This document shows, in pieces, positions 1 through 13,254 of a stretch of 64,000 nt of DNA. Position numbers and translations under genes: made by a program. Under the pieces are notes generated by a model, which did not search any database, was not told the origin of the DNA, and was given only the letters and a program-made list of their open reading frames with translations. The stretch's first letter is position 1; each line of letters starts with the position of its first letter. The stretch is from Lama glama. Taxonomy: Eukaryota. The DNA lies in assembly GCA_028534125.1 (NCBI GenBank), contig CM052817.1, positions 105,898,001 through 105,962,000 of the forward strand, read 5' to 3'.

Positions 1-539
1 TTGAGAGCAAAACTAAAACTAAAATACAGTCTAGAATGACAATGGCCATTATGAGGAATGTTCTAATTAGACACAATTGTTTATCTAAGAAGTTCACTTG
101 AAAACAAGGGTTCCCAAGTCAAACAAAATGAGAGAACTATTTTAATTGGCAGAATTATCCAGAGTCTCCAAAATTCCAAAATAGCTTCACTGAAAAATTT
201 ACTAAAAAGGTTAACGAAAAATCAAAGATACACGAGGTACCTAAAATAAGAGACTGTAAGACTGAAATAACTCTTGCTGTTCCTTTCTGGCCTCCTTTAT
301 TTGAGTACCTGTTTTACTAATTCTAAATTATCTTTCCACTTTAAAGAGACCATCAACAAAAGTCCACGAAAGTAATGACCTTACAGACACCGTCATATCT
401 TGGCGTAAAGAAATTCCAGCAAATGGGTCCCTCTCATTGTTGAGAAGACTCCCAGGGATTCAGTGTTTAGTGCTACAAGTTAGTCCCTTACGCAGCTGAA
501 GGGAAACTAGAATTAAATTAATAGAAAACCTTGCCAAAT

Positions 540-3500
540 TCTGGGAGATACCAGAGATACACTGACTTAAACCCGACTCATTCCAGAGCCTGCAGCTAAC
601 AGCCTCGGAAAACTGGCAGAAGCCAGCAACGGGCAAGAATCCTTACTAGGTCTGCTCTCCCAAATCTCTGTCTGTAGTCCCCAGTCAAGAGAAGAAGGGA
701 AAATTTCACGGTGTCCCGTCCTTCCCAAATCCTGACGCATTTGTCATTGAGCCTTTCTCTCCTGGAGACAACTGTTGTCTTCTTGTTTGTTTTGTCTTGT
801 GTCCCGAGAACTTGGCTTGACAACTGTCAGGTTGGAGGTCCCCAAGTACGGCCGGCCGGTCAGAAACGTGAGTTGCATCTCATTTCCAACTACATATGTA
901 TGGCTAGACAAAAATGTGGGTTGGACTCCAGTTGCAGCTAGGGTCCTATGAATTACTGCCAGCCCTCAGGAGAATTGTCGAAATCTTTCTTTCTTTCGGT
1001 TATCTTTGAGAATGACTTTGGATCTTGGAGGGTAGGGTCTTTTTGGTCCTCTTCAGGGACACTTCTTGAGTCCAAAGTTTCATTCAATTCTTCCAGAAAT
1101 ATTTACTATTTGTCCCAGCTAAAACCTGACAAAATATTTGAAAGAATTTTTGTCAGTTGCTCTATGATCAGAGGTTATCTAAATTGGAAGCCGACTTTCA
1201 GAACCTGGTAGAATTTTTTTTAAGTATTCTCCAGTAAGCCAAATCAAAACATATTCCTAGATGGAAGGAAAAACACTCTGAAGCTTTTGTGGAAGGATTT
1301 ATTAAAACATTCCAAAGGCAAAGCTCTAAAATTCCAGAACATAGGAATCTTTTGATGTTCATCTTAGTTGAAGACCTTCTCCAGGATCTAAAGAAGCAAA
1401 TTGAAGATAATGTAGTTGGATGAGTGGATCTACCTACGTACAATGTCATTTAAGTAGCAACACAATTGCTTGAGGGATTAAAAACAACCACACTTGGTCT
1501 TTGCAAGAACAGAACAGCAGCTCTCAAAGGCAGCTCTCAAAGCCATTCAAAGCCCACCTGTCCTTTTTTCAGTCCCCAAACCTCCCACACTTACCTCAAA
1601 AGGCTTGCAGATATTATGTAAGATCTGTATTTAAGAAATAAAAGTCTCTCTTTGAGGAACTTGCATTCTTTCCCTGTGCCTTTGAGATGTAAATATTCTA
1701 CCCAGTCTTCTCCAGGACCTCTGATCTAGGCATCTGTTTGAAATGCAAACTTCAAAGAGGAAATTCTTGTCAGAAAGAAAACAAAAAGACAAATGAAAAA
1801 GCTGTTTGGAATTTAGGCAAATAAAAAATCTTGAATCTTCCTTATAAGTATCAGTAAAAAGTTTGTCAGCTGAGCAGGTAACATTAACTTATTCCATCTG
1901 CCAGAAACACAACTGGGATCTGACTGTCACCAGTAAAACTTGCATTATTGTGCCTGTCTCTTGGCTAAAATTTTAAAATAAAAGCTGTAAGAACTCTGTT
2001 TGCCTCTGTCTGTAGGTTTATATGTACGTCATAGACGTGATATTTTTCTACCTCTGGATGGTGCTGTCAAAATTTATTTGTAAAAGAGCTCTATTTAATT
2101 GGCTTATAAAAATAAGAGCTTATCAAATTAAGTATTTCTAGACTCTCAGAAATATTGAAACTCAATTGTTTTTTTTTTCTAGTTTATGTGATCTGACATA
2201 ATCTTTGGTAAATAAAAGTTACTTTTAAGTTTTGTTTGTCTGTTTAATTAAAACAGGAATGTCTTAGGAGGGAGGGTAGAGCTGAGTGACAGAGCACGTG
2301 CTTAGCATACCAAGGTCCTGGGTTCAATTCCCGGTACATCCTCTAAAAAAATAAACAAGTAAACCTAAGTACTTCCCCCTCCAAAAAATAAAAACCAAAC
2401 CAACCAACTAACAACAACAACAAAAGAAAACAAACAAACAAACAGATAGGCATGTTTTTCAAGTTATCAGCATTAAATATACTGCAGTCTTGAAACTGTT
2501 ACTCTACCCAGGTTTACTAGAAATCAAATAAGCGCACGTTATCTCTGTTATGGAATTTTTCAGCAAGAAAGATAAAGATGATGGTTAGCTGTTTAATGTT
2601 TCATAAAAATTTCGTGAGTAATCCAAACATAATTGTTAAGAACAAATTAAATAGAAGTAAGATAAAAGTTTATAAATGGACTTTTCAGCAATAATTATGC
2701 TTTACTTTAAGTGTGTCTACTTAAAAATAGTTCCCCAATCTTTTTGGTAACCTGAAATTTTAAAGTTATACTAAAATAACTTAAGTGATGAATATTCATC
2801 AAATAGCTGGATCGTTTCCAAGCAAGATAAAATACTGAAATATCAATTACTGAAAATCAGTTTAGCCACATTTGGTTTCTTTTTACAGAGGAACTAAAGA
2901 TAGTTGGGTATATTAAACATGTTTTGTGCCACATTGGAAAATTTACTTGGAGAAAGAATATGCTTCTAGAGGTTATACAATGTGTCTGTAAATTTGCCAG
3001 TCTACAATTGCCTGCTTCTTACTTTTCACTAAACTTAATGTTTCCAAGGGTTAAGAATTCTAATACGTGTAGTAAAACTACTAGAAATGGTAAGAGAAAT
3101 ATCTCTGTATGCATAAAAAGTAGAACGTGTTTTCGGCTAAGAAAAAGAGATGCATGTTTGTTAAAACAAAATAAGTTAATTTGGCACAACTGGGACATTG
3201 TGCTGCACACCAGAAATGAACACATTGCAATTGATTGTACTTCAATAAAAAAAATAGTAAATTTGTCTTAAACTAAACACGGTTATTTCAGAATAGGAAA
3301 AGGGAGAACAGAAAGCAAACTAAATGGAAATAGAAAGTTATGAAGGGAGAGAGACAGACAGAAGTAGAGGAAGGAAAGAGAGAGAATCTTTTGTGGTCAA
3401 GCTGGCCAAATTGAGAAAACTCATTATAAGCATTTTATAAATAAGTTTTAATATGAACAGAGTACTTCTGTAAAGTTGGAACTTAATTTTCTTTCATTTG

Positions 3501-3854
3501 ACTAATGGGCAACTTTTTGGGGGACTGTTGGTCTTCTCCTGATCAGCAACTGTGAAAGGTTTTCCTTTATCTTTTAAGTAATTTGTTTAGAAAGCAAAGA
3601 TTGTGTGTTTTATTAAAATAATTTCCTTTGCTTTGCATGTTCTTTAACAGATATCTGATTACTTAAGAAAACTCACTCTTCCCAATATTTAAAGAGCTAA
3701 GATTTGCTCATAAACTATATAACCTTTTGCATTTGCCTTAACATCTTCTACTGTTTCTTTGACTAAATTGACAGTTATTATTTCATAATGATTTATGATT
3801 TTATTTATTCAGAGGTTCAAATCTTTTGATATTTGACAACTTCCCAAAACCTAA
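540..3854 (+). mobile_element. Degraded ERV1 internal region (MER4-group-like): leader, gag capsid-like remnant and long AT-rich 3' part
   Basis: Leader-like CpG-containing segment ~600-900. Stop-interrupted Gag-like peptide ~1280-1470 (EAFVEGFIKTFQRQS...EDLLQDLKKQIEDNVVG*). Motif gtaaaagagctctatttaattggctt at ~2080 recalled from MER4-group internal sequences. Cut off by L1 at 3855. Confidence 0.6.
2267..2445 (+). mobile_element. Vic-1-type camelid SINE (tRNA-Ala-derived) inserted in the ERV
   Basis: gggagggtagagctgagtg...tgcttagcat...ggttcaattccc head with B box, taaacctaagtacttccccc segment, A/AAC-rich tail, degenerate TSD acaggaatgtctt/ataggcatgtttt. Confidence 0.85.
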
Positions 3855-5055
3855 TTTTTTTTTTTATTGAAGTACAGTCAGTTTACAATGTTGTATCAAT
3901 TTCTGGTGTACAGCATCATGTTTCACTCATACATATACATACATATATTCCTTTTCAAATTCTTTTTCATTAAAGGTTACTGCAAGGTATTGAATATAGT
4001 TCCCTGTGCTGTACAGCAAAACTCGTTTATCTATTTTATATTTAGTAGTTTGTATCTGCAAATTTCAAACTCTCAGTTTATCCCTTCACACCTCCTTTCC
4101 CCTCTGGCAACCATAAGTTTGTTCTCTATGTCTGAGAGTCTGTTTCTGTTTTGTAAATAAGTTCATTTGTGTGGGGTTTTTTTGTTTTTGTTTTTTAGAT
4201 TCCACATATAATTGATATCATATGGTATTTTTCTTTCTCTTTCTGGCTTACTTCACTTAGTATGATGATCTCTAGGTCCATCCATGTTTTTGCAAATGGC
4301 ATTATTTTATTCTTTTTCATGGCAGAGTAGTATTCTATTGTATAAATATACCACATATTCATTATCCAGAAATCTGTCCACAGACATTTAGGTTGTTTCC
4401 ATGTCTTGGCTATTGTAAATAGTGCTGCTATGAAATTTGGGGTGCATGTATCTTTTTGAATTAGAGTTCCTTCTGGATATATACCCAGGAATTGTATTGC
4501 TGGATCATATGGTGAATCTATTTTTCATCTTTTGAAAAATCTCCATACTGTTTTCATAATGGCTGTACCAAACTACGTTCCCACCAGCAGTGTGGGAGGG
4601 TTCCTTTTTCTCCACACCCTCTCCAGCATTTATTTTGTGTGGACTTCTGAAGGATGGCCATTCTGACTGGTGTGAGGTGATACCTCACTGTAGTTTTGAT
4701 TTCTCTGATAATTAGTGATACTGAATATTTTTTCACTTGCCTATTGGTCATTTGTATGTCTTTGTTAGAGAATTGCTTGTTTAGGTCTTCTACTCATTTT
4801 TGGATTGGGTTGTTTGGTTTTTTATTATTAAGTTGTATGAGCTGTTTATATATTGTAGAAATTAAGCCCTTGTCAGTCTCACCTTTTGCAAATGTTTTCT
4901 CCCATTCTTTAGGTTGTCTTTTTGTTTTTGCTTATGGTTTCCTTTGTTGTGCAAAAGCTTATAAGTTTAAATAAGTCCTGTTTGTTTATTTTTGCTCTTA
5001 TTTCTATTGCATGGGTAGACTACCCTAGCAGAATGTTGCTAAGGTTTCTGACACT
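3855..5055 (-). mobile_element. Young L1, 5'-truncated (~1.2 kb: ORF2 C-terminus and 3' UTR)
   Basis: Poly(T) then attgaagtacagtcagttt 3' end. Minus ORF 4554-4751 gives [11 protein letters not shown]...[17 protein letters not shown], the ORF2p C-terminal Cys-rich domain. Confidence 0.95.
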
Positions 5056-5262
5056 TGTTAAAATGAGGCCAATAAAATCCAGTTGTCCTTTCCATCCTTG
5101 GTGGGAAAAGACACCTGAAGGTAGTCCTCCTCAGCTCTGTTGAATATATACTCCATCTAAAAATGTCTTTGATTAAAAAAAAGATGGTGGAAAGATAGAA
5201 AGAAAGAAGAAAGAAAGAGAAAGAAAGAAAGGAAGGAAGGAAGGAAGGAAGGAAGGAAGGAA

Positions 5263-5308
<46 letters not shown>

Positions 5309-5826
5309 AGAAAAGAAACAAAGAAAAAGAAAGAAAGAAGGAAGAAAAGAAACAAAGAAAAAGAAAGAAAGAAATGCCTAAATGAAAATTGCTTGATCAG
5401 CAGTGCTTTCTGTGAAAGTTCTTGATTAAGAGGGGAAAATGTAAAAGGATTTAAATCCAGAATTGAACTGGAGGATATAAAATGAAGCATCTCAAGCATG
5501 TGTTCTCAGATGAATGGAACTTAAGAGATTGATTTCCATTAAATGCCTGGTTTAGAGAAGATTGAGATTTACCTCCTCACCCATGAACATCCACCAAGAA
5601 TCTCTCTGCACCCTCAAGCAGCAACTTACTGCTTGGACTCTGGCTGGACTCCCCACTCTTTGCTCTCCCTGTTTGTAAATACAGCCCAAATCAAACCCTC
5701 TGTGCATGTGCCTGTAACTCGCTACAGCACTTGTTTCTCAAATCGCAATCCCTCTGCTATTCCCGAGTGAAGTCAATTTCAGTTAATTTCACCTTGCCTC
5801 AGTTTACTGCTTTATTTAGGTCGACA
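5056..5826 (+). mobile_element. ERV1-type LTR carrying an expanded purine microsatellite
   Basis: Starts tgttaa and ends ggtcgaca; 3' part (aatcgcaatccctctgctattcccgagtgaag...) resembles MER4-group LTR ends. No TSD seen. Confidence 0.55.
5190..5373. repeat. Compound (GGAA)n(GAAA)n microsatellite
   Basis: Directly visible purine tetranucleotide arrays. Confidence 0.97.
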
Positions 5827-6724
5827 ATATCAATACCATTAGATTAAAATGCATTTTAATGAAAATATTTGCAACATGTTTAAAACTTAAGGAATAAAGA
5901 TAAAGTCAAATGAAATCTTTTAACTGACTTGTAAAAGTTTCAGGCATTCATATTAAGTAGCCTCAATCATTCTCCCTTCAGGCAGATGACATACGCGCAT
6001 CAGGGAAGGATAAAGTTTCAGTGGTAAAAGAAAAGGGATTTTTGCCAATTCAAGAATAAAAGAATAAAATGTTTATTAAAGTTAAATAAAGTCAATGTGG
6101 AATTTAAAAAATAAAAATGTGCAGGGGCCAGATGATGGAAGAGACAAAAGATGTTTTTTTGTTTTCAGATTTATGAAACATCATTCCAGTGATATTTACT
6201 AGTTGGCAAAGCTATTGCTTACCATTTTAAGTTTCAGTGATCACTAGTTACTAATGTAGAGTTGAAGTGGCCATCTAATTGTCTAGCCTAGCTAGCAAAT
6301 TGTTCCCACTGTAGGTCTGTATTTGCCAAAATAACTGGTGTAATTTTTTACCTCACATGCTGTATTCCATCATTTTGTTCTCTTTAGGTAATTAAACTCA
6401 GTTTTAGATGGCATTAGAGTTAAATTATGTTAGTAATTATAGTATAATGATAAAACCCCAGGCTATTGATCCAGGGGTATTTGTAACTTCTTTTATTCGG
6501 TGTACAGTTTGAAACATGATTTATTACTGCCTGAGGCCAGCATTGGTAAAATGAAAGCTCTGAACTTAGGATATCCATTAAGAAGATCCTTTGGGGACCT
6601 GAAGAGCTGTCTTCAATCTTTGTCCTAAGATCATAGTTAAACACACTAATGAAGAAAATGGATTCTTTCTTCAGGTTAATTCAAAGACAAGTAGTTTTTT
6701 TTTTCAAATAAATAATTAGAGGTA

Positions 6725-6905
6725 TAGAAAAGAAGAACAAAGAAAATAAGAAAGAGGAAGAAAACAAGAAAGAAAAAGGAGAAACGAGGGGAAGAAGGAG
6801 TTAAGAAAGAGGAAGAGGAGTGTAAGTAGAAGAAGGTGATGATGGAAGGAGAAACACTGGAAGCTGATAAGGAGGAGGGGGAGGAGGAAAAGGAGAAGGG
6901 GAAAG
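6725..6905. repeat. GA-rich low-complexity tract
   Basis: Almost purely A/G sequence. Confidence 0.85.
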
Positions 6906-7334
6906 TTACACTTTTCTTTTTTTCTTATGAGGTGAGAACGCTCAATTGAAAAGCATTTTGAAATTTTTTAAGGTTAGCCAAAGTACCAGTTTATTAGCCA
7001 ATGTGCTTTTTCTAGATAAATGAATGCGTACAAATGGCTGCTTAATTATAGTAGTTCAAAATGCCTGTTTTCAAAGGGGATGCACATTCGCAAATGAAGA
7101 TAGACTTTCAGAAATTCTATTTCAGATAAATGACTCATTCACATAATAGCCAAACACATCTCTTTCTTTTTCGCTTGCGCTTATTCATCTGTTCTTATTG
7201 GCTGATGGCAACATGTTTTACAGCTCAAAGTGTATGAAAACTTATACTTCTGTAAACAATATTCACCAACCCCTAAATTACTATCATTTTAGTTCATAGA
7301 CTTCCACAAGATGTCAATCATAACAGTGCAAGTT

Positions 7335-7550
7335 TATCCTATAATGCGAGCTCATGAGGAACAGGACCATAAACACCCAGATGCTTGAACAATGGCCAGG
7401 GCATAATCACTGAATGAATAGTTGTTAACTGAATGAATGATTGGGAGGAAAGATATAGCTCGTGGCATGCACAAGGTTCTGGGTTCAATCCCCAGAACTT
7501 CCGTTAAAAAAATAAATATATAAATGGATGACTGAATAAGTAACTGAATG
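7335..7550 (+). mobile_element. L2 3' end fragment, interrupted by a SINE
   Basis: gagctcatgaggaacaggacc...gttgttaactgaatgaatga, the typical L2 (TGAA)n terminus. Confidence 0.6.
7443..7523 (+). mobile_element. Short, internally deleted Vic-1-type SINE
   Basis: atagctcgtgg|catgcacaaggttctgggttcaatcccc plus A tail; lacks part of the tRNA body relative to the copy at 16031. Confidence 0.75.
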
Positions 7551-8955
7551 CAAGGGAGGAAGAAAATGAGGCAGGAACAGAGTTCTATGTCCTTTTATCT
7601 ATGGAATATGGTATATTTCGTATGTATTACTTTGGTAGAAATACCATCAACTGCATGATGCTGCTGTGATTTTTATACTTATTGATTATAGCATCTTTAA
7701 AAGATAAGCTTCATTGTCTCAAAAATGGCAGTAGGGAAAATTAGAATTATAGAAATTACTGATATCGAAGTCGAGCATTTTTCCAAACGTGGGATGACTT
7801 AGAATCTGTGATTTCACAGTTCCCATCATTGTTAATTCATTTCAAATAATGAATGAGTAGCAAACATGTAGACGTTGAAATGGTCAGTTAGTAAATCAAA
7901 TGTTGAACATTCTGTACAAAAGCACAAAATCCACGAGCGATGACAGAAATCTGAATTATGAAGAAAACTGTCACGGTTGACACAACGGTCTTCCTTGAAG
8001 GCTCATTCTTTGCCGTATATGTAAAGTGTCAAATTATATTTTAGGTCATTAGTATTTTTAAAGAAAGGACTTCTGTTTTTCCCCACAACAGACTACCTAA
8101 CTGAAGATGTCAGCAGATGACATTTTATTCAGGCCACTGTCCTTGCAAACCATTAAGTTTAACCTCAGTAGCCTTTTCTTCTCATTAGAAAGTTATGAGT
8201 TCATTAAATGTCATATTTAGTCAATGACATTCCTAATCAGTGGTATTTGTAGTTAAAACATCAACACAGAGGCCACTGACTGTGATTAGTGTGATCAATT
8301 TTGAATTTTTCTCACAAACATAACTTTAAACTCCAAGTTACAGTTTAAAAAAAATGCATAAAATAATTATGAAGACAGTTGTTGTCATCTAATTTTGCTT
8401 TCACTCATTGGTCCAAGATAAAAGGTCACACCAGTTATCCTCACCTCCCACTCTTCCAGATGATGGGCAATAATATAAATCATTCCAGTGGGGAGCTGCT
8501 GGCATCCGTGTGATTTAGGAGGAGATAGATGGCTGGGGTCTTCCTCCTTCTTTGATACTCACATATTCTGGGCAGGGGCTTCTGGCCTGATGGTCCCCTT
8601 CCCATCAGCCTGGGCTCCCTGACACAGACCTAACCTGCTTGCAGCACTGAGTTTCTAGGTTTTCTGCATTTTTTTTTTATCTCTCTGTTACTTTTCGTGT
8701 AGGGCAGTAAAGGAGGAGGGCAGCCTTTCCTCAGTTTGCTCTTAAATAATCCCAAGATAATAACTAGAAGATAAATTTAAAATACACATCCAACATATAG
8801 TTTGAATCTGAATGTAAAATAAAAAGAAATTCAGAATAACTGTAGTTAATTTTGATTTCTTTTCCCTAGAATAAGGAAAATAGACCAATAAAACACAAAA
8901 TTAAACTTGCTTTCAAAAGTTCCCTCTTCAGAAGAATATTTTCTCCCCTTCGTAC

Positions 8956-9152
8956 CTGGCTTTACTGTGTGTCTCAGTTGGGCATGGCCCCACCTGAGAC
9001 TTCTGGATATATTATCCCAGATTGTCGATGTTTTTGCAGTAGGGTCCAGCATGGAAGAAATATCAAGGGAATAAGGACACTCTTCACCCTTTTCATCCTG
9101 CTTGGCACAGACTGTATAAGACAGGGTGCGTGAGTGATGCACACACCCGCTC
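8956..9152 (-). other. Candidate orphan exon (197 nt), host transcript unknown
   Basis: Minus-strand acceptor ttccttagtgctatctccttgctatacag| and donor CCAG|gtacga; one frame open throughout; no repeat similarity recognised. Confidence 0.3.
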
Positions 9153-11100
9153 CTGTATAGCAAGGAGATAGCACTAAGGAACATAGTTCACATATGTCAC
9201 ATAGTCCCACTTCTGTGAGTTCCTGTTCCCAGTTCAGACTCACTCCCTCTCCTTCACATTTTGCTTCTCTTTCTCTCTGGCTTCTTTTTCTAAATGTCTT
9301 CATGTGAGTTATCAACCACCTTTGCTGAAATCCGTCCAGTAAATATGGACACAAGTTGTTTGAAAACCATTCTTGTGCTCAGCGCACCCACACCAAAGGT
9401 CTGAGTCCTTCAGTCTAGATTAATACCTTCTGGGAGTGGAAGCCCTCAGAAGAGTCCAGATCAGTCGCTCTTAGTACAATGCATGATCATGAGTTTAAAA
9501 CTTTGGGAACACTTTGCTGTCCACCTACTGGGGTAGCATCCTTGATGTGAGTCTTGAGAACATTTTTATCTACTCTTCGGCTGATAAGGTAAGTTCTTTT
9601 GTTAGGGGAAATAATAAGTTGTCTAAGAATGATTTTCAAAGCCATTTCTATCAGCAGCCAAATTGATATTTTGATTGAGAAATGATGCCTGTCATTATTC
9701 CTCAATTGTTTCAAACTTAAGAAAAGTTTAACTTGGAGATCTCACAGGGGAAATCTCTGTCCCCAAATTAGAAAGTTTACACTCATGATATTGAAAAAGG
9801 AAATAAAGGAAAAATACTGTGCCCCAAGGCTGACCAAAGGGAGCATGATTTATGTGACAAAAGGTAAATCCAGATGGAAAAATACAGTATCTCATTATTT
9901 ATGAAATAAAATACCAGAGAGGCTTGGAATTATTATAATATGCTATAAAGAATGAATCAAGATACAGTAGCTTTTGCTCTCCTTTTAAAAGAACATTATT
10001 ATGATTTATTAGCAGAAATATGAAGATATTTTGGAAACTAGGAAAAATGATTATCTATGGGGGAAAGATTAGATGTAGAAAAAGGTTCAAGTTAGATTTC
10101 TCACTATACAATTTGTATTTGACCACATTAATGTTATATGGTAGATATAACATTACATTTAAATGAAAAAAATAACTAAAATACATTAATCATATCAAAG
10201 TGGCCCTGTATTGAGATTTAATTTTCTTCCACGTACACATTTTTATCTGTACGCCTTTGTTTATGCTTTTAATTCTAGTATTGTCTAAAGCATTTCTTCA
10301 AAGACTTGATTGCTTATTCAGAAAGCAACCCCTATTTAGTTATTCCTGTAATGGGGATGCTTTTTATTATTTTTCACAATACTTAAGATCAATTTGTATT
10401 TTCCTTGTTATAACAAAGATTTTCTGTGCATAACTTCATTTTCTTAAAATAAATTGCAATTGAAAGTATTTTGGTCTCCTTTTGGATATACCAGGATTTT
10501 AAGTGCAGAGAACATCTAACATATGCAGATGAATGGAACAGAGAAATAGGAGGAGCAATCAACTGGCATTGATTTTGAAACTGGAGAGAATCTGAGATCC
10601 AAAGAATAGCAGATGCAACATCATTTTAGCTTTGTTTTTTGTTTTCTGCATTTTTATGAGTTTCTCAGTGCAATATTTGCATAATAACTTCTCAGAGTTT
10701 AACGTTTTCCTCAATCTCATGTTTTTTCTACAAAATACTTTGCCATCAGAGTGACCATTACAAACTACTTCTTGAATGTGCCAAAGGAACATCGTTTAGA
10801 AAGGTCCCTCGGGCACTGGAGTGCTCTCCTCTGACCTTTTAAGATAATTTGATAAGATTTCCTACTTGCCATTTATTGCATTTATTCTTTTTTCTCTTTT
10901 ATTCAATCCAAGATCAGTTTCAAACTACCAGTCAATTCCAGAACCCTCAAGATCTGCTAAATAAAAGTCCCACACAGTAAATAGAGTTGACATTGCAGTG
11001 ATATACTGGGTATTGTTACACTGAAATTTAGGAGTAGTTATTGATCAAGCATGAAGAAACATGTTTGTTAAGCTCATCAACAGCTAGGTACAATTTCTTT

Positions 11101-11135
11101 AAAAAAAAAAAAATATATATATATATATATATATT
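11101..11135. repeat. Poly(A) followed by (TA)n microsatellite
   Basis: Directly visible. Confidence 0.9.
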
Positions 11136-11615
11136 TGTAGTTTCCAGAATTATTTTGCTTCAACTTTGTGCATGTGATTTTTTTAAAAAAGGAAAATAAA
11201 GACTTTGTTAACAGGTGCAGTTATGTGTATTTTTTTTTTAAAAGAAAAGAAAAGCTTCATTAATAGGAGCAGCTATGCACTTAACAGATGTCCATTAGAG
11301 GCACTTTGCGCAGTGGTAGATTCGGTGTTAATTTTTTGTTTTTCATTTCAGAGTAAATTTGGTAACCGATGTTTTAGTGACAAGCCAGATGATGTATTTT
11401 AAGGGTTTTTTCTGAGTTGTATGCTGGCTATGTATAGAATTAGACATGTCCAGGAAGCGTAATGAAGTCTGATGGGAATATAGTATCATTTTGTTTCTAA
11501 TTCATGTTCCTAAAGCAAGCCCTGGGCTTACATACTTCCATGGGTAGAAAATGGTAATCATCTTACTTGCTTCGGTTGTGATACTGTAGCTTATCTCATT
11601 TATGGGACCAAGTAG

Positions 11616-11632
11616 ACACACACACCCGCACA

Positions 11633-11664
<32 letters not shown>
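11616..11664. repeat. (CA)n microsatellite
   Basis: Interrupted then pure AC array. Confidence 0.95.
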
Positions 11665-11667
<3 letters not shown>

Positions 11668-12814
11668 CATGTTAATTTCATTCACATTAAAGGAGAATAT
11701 TTTCAAATATTAGAAATCATTATTTGTTTCCCTCAAAAATTTTTATACTTGTTGTGATTCTGCTTCCTTCTTTAACTAATGATTTTATTTATTTCACGAG
11801 AAGATAGGTAGCTTTAAATCTCACTCTTATGCAAATATATTACATTCCCTAAAACCGAATGGCATACCATGGTTAAACTTCAGTAATTACGTAGCAGTGG
11901 CTGAAGTATATAATTAAGGAGGTCTAGTAAACAGCAAAAAGGCAGATCAAAGCAGTGTGAGATTATCTGCATTGTGAGGGACGGTCTGTAAGGGCTCCCT
12001 ACATTCATGTAATAAATTTGTTGTTTACTACCCATTATATACACTTACACACAAAGTAATCAAAATCAATTTATCCCTGACAAGAAAACTAAATATGTGG
12101 TCTTTATCCAGCTATTTTTATAAGTGACTAACTATTGAGAAATAAGAAATCGGGTAGTAAGAGAGATGAAATAAATGAATCAAAGAAGGTTCAACAGAGA
12201 TATACAACATATATACTAAATCACCTGTAATACATATTTTAAAAGAAGCATACAATAGATGTTAGCAATAAAGTGCTGTAAAGTTAGAGATGGGGTGACA
12301 TTGTTTGCGACAGTCTGGGCCATATGAGAAGCAGTAACTTACTTTTTTCACCATGTTGGTATCGAAATCTCCCCTCTGTTTTAATCAGTGATTCAAATTT
12401 ACGTGTGAAGATTTTCTTCAGGTAACTCTGTGATTACAAAATATTTATGGTCTCTGCTCCATATTTTGTCTACTGCTTTGTAGAAGCAAAAGCTCAAAAC
12501 TGTTAGAGTGATTTCAAAATATAACTATGGCTTTCACAGTTTTGTGTGTATTGTAAAATATTGTACATAAATACATTGCATAAATGTCCAGCATATAACG
12601 TACTGTGGGGGGGGGTGAAGTGAAGATTTTCTAATATGGGAGAAAAAAAGATGTTTATAAATGGTTACAGTGTAGTATATGTGTTCTGCTTTCAGTTCTT
12701 GAATTACATAGAATTAACTCCAATCTAGAATGTGGAATTTTAGATTGATGGTGTCAGGGAATGAAAATTCAAAATACTTTGAGGTGGTAGCGTGTAATAA
12801 CTAGATAAATTTAT

Positions 12815-12985
12815 ATCAGATATCTTGATCAAATATGTTGGATTGATCATTCTTGTGCCAATTTAAAAGACTTTGATCACTTTATTTAACTTCTCAAAGC
12901 CTTACTTTCATTATTTATAAAATGAAGATGACAATTCTTCACAGAATTGAGGTTAACAGTGTATAAGATAAAAATGTAGAGGTAA
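12815..12985 (+). mobile_element. MIR SINE fragment
   Basis: Core-like gactttgatcactttatttaacttctcaaagccttactttcattatttataaaatgaagatga. Confidence 0.6.
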
Positions 12986-13254
12986 TAATATCGTAAGCCC
13001 ATTTAAATATACACATTACTCATTTTAGATAATGGAAGGGAAACCATAAAATAGAAATCTGCATGAAATCACTTATTATTTAGAAATATAAGTGAAAACT
13101 TAGGGAAATACTGATATCATAGATTCAACAAGTTGGCAAGGTATATAGATAAATTTGAATTTTGTTTAATGATGTACCATGGAATTAGCATAGTTGGTAA
13201 TTAAAGGATTCTGCTTTGTCTGTTTCTGATAATGTGTTTAGAATTCTCTAGGAC

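Noticed and set aside
5173..5499. Phe/Ser/Leu-rich membrane-like ORF
   Set aside because: Translation of the (GAAA)/(GGAA) microsatellite.
11330..12430. Plus-strand acceptor (~11350) and donor (~12421) as an exon
   Set aside because: They are more than 1 kb apart with stops in between; no coherent exon.
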